A stretch of 62,879 nt of DNA, counting the filler, from Sphaeroforma arctica JP610 (Eukaryota): NCBI RefSeq assembly GCF_001186125.1. It is 4 parts of 2 records of this genome, joined end to end, with 100 filler letters (N's around TTAATTAATTAA, not from the genome) between each part and the next. Parts side by side here need not be neighbours in the genome. Positions count along the whole stretch, not along the records: positions 29,028 to 53,347 come from NW_014040529.1; 3 more parts are not named here. The stretch is one strand, 5' to 3'. The position numbers and the translations under genes are program-made. This document shows, piece after piece, positions 29,901 through 41,743 of the stretch (position 1 is the first letter of the stretch; every line of letters starts with the position of its first letter). The notes under the pieces were generated by a model that saw only the letters and a program-made list of their open reading frames with translations, searched no databases and had not been told where the DNA came from.

Positions 29901-31249
29901 GAATAAACGTGCTTGGTATCCAAATGTGCAGAAGAAACACTTTTTTAGTGCGATCCTGAACAAGAAGATCACGCTCAAGGTCACAACATATGTTCTACGA
30001 TGGATGGATAAGGTATATAATATATCTTTCCAATGTTTAGCTGAGCCTTTACTGAATTTTGATACAGCATATGATGGACATTTTAGAAAATGAGTCATTG
30101 GTGTGTGATGCTCTGTAGCACTGTCTCGTTGGTCGCAGCTGCTACATGTTCTAGTGCTCAATATCAAGGGGTCTGTATTTCAACTGTTTAAATTGTATGC
30201 CTGATGACTTACTTTCGCTCTCCAGCAAAGGTCGATGCTATATATACGTGTATGCGGAGAAGCTAAGTGAACCCGCATACGTGATAGAAAGGATTAAGTA
30301 ACACTTTGTTTAGCACCCCACTTATGTGGTACTTCGAATGGCTACCGATTGCCTACTCACAGCACGATAAGTATCTATATATGTATTGTCAAGCAACAGT
30401 CCTGAAGCACAAACTGTGATTATTCGAGTCACTGTCCTATTCGAAGTCACACCCCTTTAGATATCTGAAAAATGATCATTCAATTTTGATTTAAGTGGTA
30501 TAACAATATACTTATGTTTTATTTGGATCGCTGACAATATATGCATGAATCAAAACACATTCAATTACATCTGCTATCTCATTAATATACCTTCATGCGC
30601 ATCGTCGACTTTAAGAGATACTTTTATTGTGTATGAGCTACTTTTATTGTGTATGAGCCTACCGCATATAATTGTTTTATCGAGCATGAGAGAGGCATTA
30701 GGCGACTTCAAATAATCATGTGATGAGAGTACTTGCAGTGTGACGTCTATCGCATTTTCGACATTTGCGATGCATATGTCCTCATAAGCTTATTTCACGG
30801 ACTTGATTACAATTTTATATTGAAATCTTGTGGTTTTTTTTACTTGGGAGGATTCAAATACGGGTTATAATATGTGCGTTTTTATTTTCACGGAAGGGGG
30901 TATGCAAATTGTTATGCAATATTTCGATATGTTTACTTTGAATTTATACATGAAAGGAACGCATGAAAGAGAAAGGCCATTGTGATGTGCTCATTTTTAC
31001 CTGCTTGTCTATTAGGTTGGCGGTTTCGACAATTACATTCTGAAGACTCCGAAAGCTAAGTTGCAATCTGAGATGGGTAGTAAGCTACAAGATGAAATGA
31101 TGGAGAAACTTCGAGGGCCAGCAGATGCCCTTGTCGAAGCGGAAATGAAGCTTATTCAGATTGACATGGACAAATTGAAATTGAATATAGCTGACATGAG
31201 CGAGTCTCAAATCTCGAAGGCGGTTAGGAACTTGAAGGAACCGAAATAA
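29901..31249 (+). CDS. MRPL28: Mitochondrial ribosomal protein bL28m, partial; exons 29901-30012 and 31016-31249
   Basis: NKRAWYPNVQKKHFFSAILNKKITLKVTTYVLRWMDK|VGGFDNYILKT is the L28 family signature. The 5' exon is missing, probably in gap 28928-29027. Confidence 0.85.
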
Positions 31250-34200
31250 ATCAACATATCTAGGGGTATTTTGATTTCTGAGAGATCTGATGTTGTTACC
31301 AGAATGGCTTCTTTGTTGACACATTTACATTTTGATTTCTGCCAGCACCTGTAGCGGCTAATCGAACGGTTATGCTTTGAACGAAAAGTCGTACTATAGT
31401 ATACAGTCGGGTACACACAGTACTTACTATAACTGTCATGTATAACGCACATGAAGGGGTAAATCCCTACAGAAGGAAAGAACTCGCTGGAGTCGATGAT
31501 AAAAATGTTGATCCCAATGCAAGCTAGTGTGAGCGAGAATCGTGCGAATGAGATAGCCAATTGTGAGTACAATATCCTGCGGTAGTGGCGGCACTCGCGG
31601 GCCAATCTAATTCTAATCTAACACATCTAAAAGATTGGCTTCTTTTATGTTCACAGACAGCAGATTCCTTGTTAACAGAGCATATCACAACTTTAACTGT
31701 TTGTTGAGGTCGATAAATTTCGACAACTTTTCTGGGTTCACTGGAATGACCTATGAACGATAACATTAAGAGAAGATTATTATGATTGACATATAGGAAA
31801 GATTTTGGCGGTCAAATCTGTGTGAGTGTATAGACAATAGTCTCCTAAATTCAGCATATAGACTTGTAGAAACCTTGATTGAACTTGTACTTTTGGTGGT
31901 TATATCTGTATTTTGCAACAGAATTTGACATATCATCACAAGATTCCATGATTACTTTACGACAAATTAATAAAATACAACTATTTACAAACACTACCGA
32001 GCTTGGTTCAACCCGCCCACTGCGGGAAATTATGTTCATATGTAGGGTATTTTTACATTCACTAAGCCCAACTCTGTCGCTTACCTCCACTATACCCCAC
32101 CTTGTTGCTCACCACCCCGCAAGGCACTAGTGATTAAGGGGCTATCTGAATTTTCCTGAAATATTTCAATTTGGGGTATACTCGCAGTGCACCTTGAAAT
32201 TGTCAGTAGAAGTTGTGGTTACTCCTAGGACTTGATGAAAGAAGGAACTTTCGCTACTGTGTTTGACTTATATATTGACGGCAGAGACTACCGTGTCATC
32301 TTTGTCACATCTAGCTCTGTTTATTTGTCAGCCTCTCGGCAGTTCGGTACAAATGAAAGTTCGGTACACCTTTGGCTCTGAAGTCTCTTACACGCCCCAA
32401 CTATAATATATATATATATATATATACGCTACACACACACACACACNNNNNNNNNNNNNNNNNNNNNNNNNNNNNNNNNNNNNNNNNNNNNNNNNNNNNN
32501 NNNNNNNNNNNNNNNNNNNNNNNNNNNNNNNNNNNNNNNNNNNNNNNNNNNNNNNNNNNNNNNNNNNNNNNNNNNNNNNNNNNNNNNNNNNNNNNNNNNN
32601 NNNNNNNNNNNNNNNNNNNNNNNNNNNNNNNNNNNNNNNNNNNNNNNNNNNNNNNNNNNNNNNNNNNATATTCTTAAATGCATGTATATGTATATGAGTA
32701 TACTTACAATATACGTATGTGTGTATGTGTATACACATACATAAAGAGTCATATTTCCGTGATCAGACTACATCCAGAAAGGACGGTGGTGAGCAATACT
32801 GATTTTACAGTTTCTCACACAACAGCTCTGTCACTGTCGCTTCTATACGCTAGTCAAGGAGTACTTCAAATCGAAGATAAATGTTGAGGACAAGTAGCAT
32901 AAATTTTATTACCATTCAATCTATGAACACGTGTTTTATTCTAATCTTCATGGCCTTATCAGTATCACGGGTATCTCAGAGGCTTACTTTGCTTCTAACA
33001 TGCGGTATATGCGCTAAGACTAGCGAAAATGGTGTGCAAAATACGTGTGTTTTTGTGTGTTTATGCATGTTTGGTTCGTTTATTTGTGAGAGCAACGAGA
33101 CTCCTCGTAACAGTGCCAAAAAAACTATCGATCATTTGCCGCCAAAATTAGTGGGGCCGTCCAATAGTTAGAAATAAGTTCTGAAAGCCTTAGTGAGTTT
33201 ACTTACACAAACTTGCACTATACAGCCAATAAGTAGTGAGATAACTAAGCACACTTACTATTACTAAATAATCAATCCGTATCCTGGTCCATTTTCTGGG
33301 CCAAGGTATATTTGGAGCGGTCCCATAAATATCGACCCTGCCTTTGCGAATGGACCGGATGCGGTTTGGACATAGGCTCGGGTGCTAATAATTTTATGTT
33401 AATTGGTGCCGTATAGAGACATTCTAATTTCTTGGTATATTGCAGTGAAATTGCTTATTGCACTGCTTCGTTTCTTCTTTTTTTTAAATAAGCAATAAAA
33501 ATATACTACAACTTTTATTGTTTTTAGAAAAAGGAGAAAAAAACCCACACACGAAATGTTTATTTAGAAGGCGTATGTTCTGTGCTCAGGATACGTTTGC
33601 TACAAAGTCAAGGAAAAGTTTGGAGTAAGCTCTATTACACTGAAAAACCTTCTTTATTAATTTGTTTAGTAAACTAGATGTTAACCTTAGAACACATGCT
33701 TTCTTTCATCTACTTTCAATCCTATTTATACACTTTCTCCCTTTTCCCATCCTCGGAATTATTGTCTTGCTTCTTCTTCAAAGAGAATTATACTCAATCA
33801 AAACCCATATAATTCCTTGGCTAATAGTATTTACTGCATCCTCTACAACGGTCTCCACCAGTAGAAATACTAGTTCATTTCTCACCAATAAACGACTCTC
33901 GTTTGTGAACCAACTACTCCTGAAGTACTGAACTCACTCAGTGGCCGTCATGGCTGACAACTCCTTTTTTGACAGCTGCCATTCGGTTTATTACTCCTCC
34001 GAAAAGCCATGGGTTTAAAACCTGTCTGACGTCAAGCACATACCACGTTTGCCAAGGGCGGTTTTATATTTTATTTTTGAAAAACAATCAACGGTAAATA
34101 TGTGACTGTGTGAGTGTGTGTGTCTGTGTCTTTGTGACTGACACTCTGTGTCCTTGACTCCATTCCCTTTGCCCTTGTTGCTATGTATAAATACCTTTGT

Positions 34201-34969
34201 TTGTTTTGGTTTGTTTTTGATTTTAGCACCGATCCTCACCGATCCTCTCACCTCTGTTGAGGTTTTGCCTTCCAATGGAAGACCTGACACAAAGTACCCA
34301 AAATATAAATAAAACTATTAAAGCCAGAAACAAGCCAGCATAAATTAAGTCTTCCATTGGAAGACTCAATATAAAACCTAATTTATGTGTATCGACCCTT
34401 AAGATTATAGGAATTTTTCCTAAATTTGATAATTCCAGAATTTCAATCAGGAAATATTTAGAATATTCTGGGCGACTTTAAGAATTTCAACCCCGATTCG
34501 ATTGTTTATAATTTTGTGAATGTCTCGACATAAAATCTCATTTTATTTCAAAACAAACAGCACGTGTGAATGTATTATAGCCTTTTAGTCACAGTGTTCG
34601 AGAGATACAACATGAGCCTAGAGAAGGGCTATCATCGGGAAACAAACGTCAAGCCCATGACTAACGCATGGTTTAAGCAATCCATATATTGTATGCGTTG
34701 TGGTAAACTGCTGTACCTGAAAATGAGGTATCAGTCTGCATCGAATGCAGACAAAAATGGCACAGTAAATGTCATCCATCGTGTGGTATAAGTGATGATT
34801 TCAACTACATTGGAGATCCTAAATACACGCGGTACGGCGTCAAGCGAGGCTGCTGCTTTGCCTTTAATAAGAAACCTAAATGCCCTGGATGTACATGTAA
34901 TCGTATAGCAAGGCGTCTGTTCGAGTAAATAGAGCTATAATTTATCTGTAACACAACCAATGCTCATTA

Positions 34970-35739
34970 TGTAAGATTCGGTCTATTAAGGCGATATTAA
35001 CGAATTAGAGTAAATAAACCCGTAGGTAAATTCCAAGTATCGTGAAAATATCAAAGTAAATAAACGAAATGAGACTTTTAGTAAAGTTAGGTATGCCTCG
35101 TGAAAACCACAATAATCTAATGGATTGTGAGGCTGAGACGTTACCTATATATAATCCTCTCAGTACTGTTTCCGCCGAAAGGATTTTGTTTAGTGTTTCT
35201 TTGTCGCTCTATTAGAAACTATAGTATATTTCATTGGGGCGAATCTGAGACACTCATAAAATCCTATCTTTAGAAATAATATATAATAAATAAAGGAAAA
35301 ATACTTTTGATGTCCTTGGTTATTGTCTTAACCAATAACTTGCCACTTATCAAGAATTACCGACTTAGCCTTCATCAGACTGGCGCATCTGGTTGGCTGA
35401 TCGGAGGATCAACTAGGTAACGTTAATAGTCCCTAGAAACCTATATTCGGTTGAGCCATTTCGCTACCGAAGTATTCTGATATAAATAAAGTTGGGAAGT
35501 AGATATAGTTCCATTAATAGAACTAGACCAAATCTTAAGTTTGGTATTTTACTGGGGTATTACAATGGCCTCATCCAAATATCTGATATATAACATGAAA
35601 AATGTATTAATTCATAAAGCCATTTAAAACCATTTAGGAAACAAATTGCTCGTACTATTAAGAGTACGTTTATATTTTACTTACTGCTTAAGAGTACGTT
35701 TATTACATAGAGTCTAATGTAGAGGCCCGGCTTATTACA
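34970..35739 (-). repeat. 3' LTR of the Gypsy element
   Basis: TGTAAGATTCGGTC...GGCTTATTACA; colinear with 41744-42514 and 57688-58507. Confidence 0.95.
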
Positions 35740-35878
35740 CAGCCCCCACCCAGCTTTGAGACCCAAGAGAAGCAAGTTGCTCATTCAAGCTGATTATGGG
35801 TCAAAAAGCGAGAAAGGAAAAACAGGTCGAAAACATTAAATAGCATAACATATAGTTAATGTTTCTCAGGCGGAGAAG

Positions 35879-36460
35879 TTAAGCGTTCTCGGTTACCCTG
35901 TGAGTTTTGAGCTTAGGTTCAGTAGGTCCGTGGTGGTCGATTGGACGTTTCTTACGCTTCAGTGTCTTAAGCACATATGAAGGATGAGCATTAAAGCTCG
36001 GGATAAACGCTGTAGGCGGATAAGTTTTAACTTCCGTGCCTTCAGACGATGGAAACATGCTATCTTTTTCAGCTTGTGACTTATGCAGGCGTTTACGCCA
36101 TTTTCGATTAAAGGCTTTTAAATGGCCTTGATTATCGAAAGCATCTGAAGTCAACTCAGTTATTGTACCGTCTATAAAGCGTGTACGATAGTATGTATAG
36201 CCTCCTATAATGTCTTTAAATTCAAACCGATCAAGAGGGGCATTAAAGTCATGTATTCTTGCAAGTATAATCTCTGTAGTCGGAATACGACTTGTGCCTA
36301 TATTAAGCGCACTAGAGCCATCGGGGTTATTTACTTCGTACGTTCCACTTTTAATGTCTGCCACAGAGATTATATATGGACCTATCCATTTAGATGTTAA
36401 TACAGTAGCATCGGAATTACGTTGACGGATGATAACTCTGTCACCGACCTGATACTCTGA
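35879..36460 (-). pseudogene. Integrase C-terminal GPY/F module plus degenerate chromodomain-like segment
   Basis: EYQVGDRVIIRQ..LTSKWIGPYII..SGTYEV (KWIGPY at 36391-36374) is in frame with ORF 36364-35879, which contains EFKDII..YYRTRFIDGTITELTSDAFDNQGHLKAF. The chromodomain call is weaker than the GPY/F call. Confidence 0.7.
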
Positions 36461-36949
36461 TATCTTCTTGGCAGCTTATGGTTTTTCGTCAGCCAAGCAA
36501 GAATATTTTCATCATTCTGCTCCTCCAGAATAAAGGTAGGGTGTTGAGAATCCACTTGCGTGGTCTTTAAGTCTGTAGTGTTTCTAGAATCCTGTCCTGC
36601 TTTTGCATGAGTGTCATAAGTGCGTTCATTTGCGTTAGATACACCTGATTTATTAAATAGTCGCATTATATGTGTATACGCTTCAGGATTGTCTTTCAAT
36701 AATCCCTTTAGAAATAGGGTTTAAAGACCTCGGGCTTGGACTTTATGTTATTAAACAGAGTCCTAGCTAGAGACTGACGCTTCTTAACAGTAGTGTCATT
36801 AGTAGATTGTATTTCATGTGCACGGACTTCAAGTGCTGCGTTGCCTTTGAACTGCTTAACGTTCAATTGGGTAGAGAGTGGAATCTCTGATTCTTTGACC
36901 TTGATAAGGAAGGTCTCAGAAGGGGTCCATTTGGTTGTTCCAATGGGAC

Positions 36950-37553
36950 CTATACGACATATTATAGTATGTCTCCAGGGCGTCTTCTGGACGGCTCGGG
37001 TACCCTGATATAGGAAAGTATTTAATTCCCTATCTAAATATATTGGCTCGCAATGTATCATGCTTATTAATTCATTGAGCCATGGATCTTTACTCCGTAA
37101 TGGGCTACACGACGTGATGTTAGCTTTATGTATATGAACATAATTCAATAGCTGATTAACTGCCATGGTGGATTAGCCCACGCATTATATTTGGAGAGGT
37201 CTGTTTGAAAGGCGTCTCCCAAAGGATGTTTTAAAGTTCTGTAATTTGATAGTTGTGCATTATGATGAGCAGCAAACATATCTATGGTATGTGGCCCAAA
37301 TATCTTCTTGAGCCAGTTCAACCCACCTGGGATTACATTTCCAGTCAGTGGCTAGTAACTCACGTACAGATTTGGAGAGGTCTATTTGAAAGGCGTCTCC
37401 CAAAGGATGTTTTAAAGTTCTGTAATTCGATAGTTGTGCATTATGATGAGCAGCAAACATATCTATGGTATGTGGCCCAAATATCTTTTGAGCCAGTTCA
37501 ACCCACCTGGGATTACATTTCCAGTCAGTGGCTAGTAACTCACGTACAGATTT
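36950..37553 (-). pseudogene. DNA N6-adenine methyltransferase (Dam-like) domain, disrupted by frameshifts and a 180-bp duplication
   Basis: Reconstructed sequence: DWKCNPRWVELAQKIFGPHTIDMFAAHHNAQLSNY..GDAFQIDLSKYNAWANPPWQLI / QLLNYVHIHKANITSCSPLRSKDPWLNELISM..PIYL..TPWRHTIICRI. NPPW is at 37174-37163. Confidence 0.85.
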
Positions 37554-37569
37554 ATTAAGTCCGGTACGA

Positions 37570-39400
37570 AGCGTGATAACATATCCGGTAAATGGTTGTG
37601 TATTCCTGGCAGATGTTTTATATCAAAATGAACCTTTGATATTGTAACATGCCAGCGACTCAGTATTTGTGAGTCGGGTTTCATCTCATTCATATATTGA
37701 AGGGATTTCTGATCACACATCAGCGTAAATGCTGTTCCTTATAAGTAATCTCGGAAGTGTGTTAGAGCTGCCACTATGGCTAATAGCTCTTGTTTAACAG
37801 TTGGATAATTCAACTGTGAAGCATTCATTGCTCGACTAAAGAATTGTATATATCTAGGTTTGTCATATATAACCTGATATAATACCCCTCCTAAGGCTAA
37901 GTCAGAGGCGTCCGTTGCTATTTCAAACGGCACGCCATCGACTGGTCCTTGTACAACTGGGGCTTGTTGGACTGCGTGTTTGAGCGCTTTAAACGCGTCA
38001 TCACACTCTTTAGTCCACAAGTCTCCTAGTTTGCCTTTATGACATCTTAAGTGTCCAAAAGGTTTAAGGTAATCAGCCAAGTGTGGTACTCCATCTGAAA
38101 AGAAGTTTACAAACCCACACATGCTGTAAACATCTCTTCCTGTAGTTGGTGTTCGCCAATCTAACAGGTGGTCTACCTTAGCGGGGTCGATTTTAATACC
38201 TTCCCCAGATATATGGTAGCCTAAGAGCTGTATTTCGCTCATGGCGAAGTGACATTTCTTCTCGTTAATCTTGAAGTTTTGTTCGTTGAGTCTCTGATGG
38301 ACTCGTCTGGCTAATGCGGCATGTTCGCTTTTAGTCTTAGAAACGACGACTATGTCATCTATATAGACTTGCACGTTAGGCATGCCTGCAAACATTTCCT
38401 CCATTTTTTGTTGGAAGAATGCTGGTAAAGAGTGCAACCCGAAAGGTGCACCTCTGAACCTGTATTGTTTACCTTTCCACGTAAAACTAAAGTATTTACG
38501 ATGTGGTTCATATACCTGCATTTGATGGTATCCTTGTGTAAGGTCTATAGTTGTAAATACTGTAGCACCTTCTATCCTTCGCAGTAGCTCGTTAATACGA
38601 GGTAAGTGAAGGCTATGAGTCGGCAAAAATTTATTTATCGGACTCATATCTAAACATACTCTAATTTTCTTAAATGATCCGTCAGAGTGATGTTGGTCTA
38701 CGGATAGCAGTGCCATGTTAACTGGCGTCTGCTAATAGTTAATTCCTATCACTCCATCTGCTAGCCATTTCTCAATTTGTTCTTTTACCACAGCCTCGTG
38801 TCTCCAGGATACATAGTTCCTTGAGGGACACTTTAACTGTGTAAAGTCCACCTTGGTTAAGTCAAAGTTGATATACCCGTCGTTAAAACGAAATTTTGCC
38901 CAATCTGTGATCTTTATCTTCTTATTAACTAGAATCAGATCTATGATTTTGTTCGCAAAGTCAGGTATTAATGCCTTGACTGTGTCTGACGGGGGCTTAT
39001 ATGGATTCAGACAGTTATCGTCTGACTGATCCTTTAATGGATCTATTGGATCTATGTTATTTGGTAGACCAGTTACGGCTATATCTAGAGTGAGTAAATC
39101 GCTCATTCCGACTATAATGTCGTACTTCTGTGACATCTTAACTATCACAGCTTGGGTAGTGATACTCCTATCATCGGCCAGGGAGATTTTAACATCTGTG
39201 GCCATGGTATCACACTTAGAAGTTTTATCATCAGCTAAAATGAGGTGAGTTGTTTGTGTTCTCCTTTCGATATCTTTCATTATTTCAAAGCGATCGGAAA
39301 TACATGGAATTTCTGAACCAGGATCAATCAATGCAAGGATTTTATTTCCATTGCAGTATACAGGGATTATTACACGCTCATCTAAAGAGTCGTTGTATTG
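37570..39400 (-). pseudogene. pol: aspartic protease, reverse transcriptase and RNase H in one frame with premature stops at 38732 and 37739
   Basis: ALIDPGSE (protease); RVCLD, IDLTQGYHQ, APFGL and YIDD (RT); IATDASD, YPTVKQELLAIV and HLPGIHNHLPDMLSR (Gypsy-type RNase H). Confidence 0.95.
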
Positions 39401-39430
39401 TCTGTGTAACGATTGTATCTGGTAGTACTT

Positions 39431-41616
39431 TCACTCCAACTTAATGTCGGATATTTTGTCACAAGACTTAGTGTGATAACCATTGGTCTTCTCACACTTG
39501 TCGCACTTAATAAGAAGGTGTGTATAGGTGGATGCATGCCTGCCATTCCAATAACCGTTAGGGGTCAATTGGTGCATGTCATACCCACACTGTGCGTCGG
39601 CACATTTCTTAATCTTCGTAAATGGAGGTTCCTTGTCTTCGCCTCCGCGCGTGCCCGTTTATTGGGTCGCGTGGATAGAGTGGAGTCACGAGCACGTGTA
39701 TGTTGGGGTCTCTCATTTGAGGTCTGCCTGGATACGTACCCGTGATCGGTGTGCTCCCACGGCTTCTTAACAGCCGCTTTTCCCTTCGATGTTGCTCGGT
39801 GTGCGGGAAAAAGGGTGGATACAGTATCATAAAACTGTTCCCACGTAAATCGGGATAGATGAAACTTTGTTTCATGTTCCTTGTCTCGAGCCTCAGTAGC
39901 GTGTTTACGTCGCAACTTGGTGTACAGGCTCTCACGGTCGTTATTCCCTATGTTCTTACAGAACACGTGTATAACCAGGAACTCGTACCATCGCTGTGCC
40001 TTGTCCTTTGTTATATCTGGACGTTTCAGGTCAGCATCTAACTTCAGAATATAACTCTGAATGGGCGTGTTCTCAACTGGTTCAGTTAAAGTTGAACTCA
40101 GTCCTGGGCTACGTATGTCCTTACTTAACAAGGATGTAACCAACCAATACACAGCTGGCCAGTCACGACAGGTGTCTAGCTCATGTTGGTGTCGCTGCAG
40201 GATCAAATAACTTGTACCTGTAGGGTCAAACGTCTGCACTAACGCAGAGATCCATTGCTGGGGAGCGATATCATTCGTCTCCAGTATGACCGTAAACGCA
40301 TTAAGCGTACGGGTTGGTGTGTCGAGGTCATGGTTGTTTATATACTCGACCTGCTTACTGTTGGCATCCCAGTTCGACTTAAGTCGACTGATCTGTCCTT
40401 TGTACTTTTGGTTATCCCTGTGGTCTTGTCCAGGCCTGAAGTAGCTGATCGATGCGCATTTGCTTAATCGCAATCATATTAGCAAAATATGATACATCCT
40501 CAGCATGATTGTAATCGTCGACCGATTTGTTAAGTTCGGTCACCTCGTCAGAGTGAAAATTATCTGCGGGTTGATGTAGTGCTGAGCAATCGAAGCGATT
40601 AAATTCGACTTCGTTAACACGTTTACGGGGGTGTTTATTACCCCTTGTAAAGTCCATGGCCGAGGCCTTTCGGTGCTCTGTTCCTCGGATAGTGGTTGGT
40701 ATTATAATCTTGGGTGATTATGCCTCTGGATAACATACCCAGTCTTAATTGGTTTCCGACGATTGTCATCCCAATTGAGTAAAAGTGGCGGAGTATTTCT
40801 ACCTGCCTCTGGGTCTATAATTCCCTCAAGGACGGGTGACTCACGGCCGGGTGTCAGAACAGGCAAGTAATTAGCCTGAAGTTCTGCTGGTAGTACCTCG
40901 TAAGGTATAGATACGCTGAGCACATCTGGCTCATATGCCACAGGTGTAGCGCTCGAGTCTTTACGTTCTTCGGGCGCAATTGCCTGTCGACGTTCTGTCC
41001 ACTTTTGTAGGGCTTCAGTAATGCCCGGAGAAACATGCTCGCGTAAGTGCTGTGTATTTTTTCTTGATCTATACAATCGATCTACATGTTCAACAGTCAA
41101 TTCTTTCATAAGGGTAGCTAACTGATTCTTAAGATCAGTGTTTTCAGGAATTAACTTACTTATGCGCGTTAGCTTAGTAGTCTCGGTCGTATATTCGGGT
41201 TTGCCACTTGAGCTTGCCTCCTATTCTGGTTCCATTATAGGTTCCTTCTGAGATTTGTCCTTGTCCCCAATAATTGGGGACTCCCTTATAATTGGTAACT
41301 TTTCTTTCTGAGTTTCGTTAGAAGAATGGGTTGGGGCGTCTTGAGACGTGTCCCTTGTCTCACTTCTTGGCTCCGTAAATGCAAGCTTTGAGGTTGAGGC
41401 AATAGTTGGCCCTCGGGCTCTGTCAGTGGGAGTAGTCTTCTTAATCGGAGTGGCTACATCCTTATCTGAAGCATTGTCCTGTTGACTATTATTGTCGGAG
41501 GCAAGTGCTTCGGCTACAGTGCGGTTAAACGCATCAGCAGCAGCAGCGGTTACTCTCTCCATCTTCTTCTTTTCACCTCTACGCTTCTTAGAAGGAGTAT
41601 TGTCTTTCTTGATCAT
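39431..41616 (-). pseudogene. gag region (about 2.2 kb), broken into ORFs 41616-41221, 41109-40702, 40657-40412 and 40473-39565, ending in zinc-knuckle-like motifs
   Basis: Lies between the 5' LTR and the protease. CADAQC..H and CDKCEKTNGYHTKSC occur just before the TGA at 39431-39433. Confidence 0.7.
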
Positions 41617-41743
41617 AATCTTAACATATGACTGCTAGCTGATCACTTAAGGACTAGATTGGACAAGATAAATTTTGTGGTAGTTAATCTACCTTGACGC
41701 TTAAGTAGACTAAGTAATTAATACCTTTGCTAACTTTAAAATG

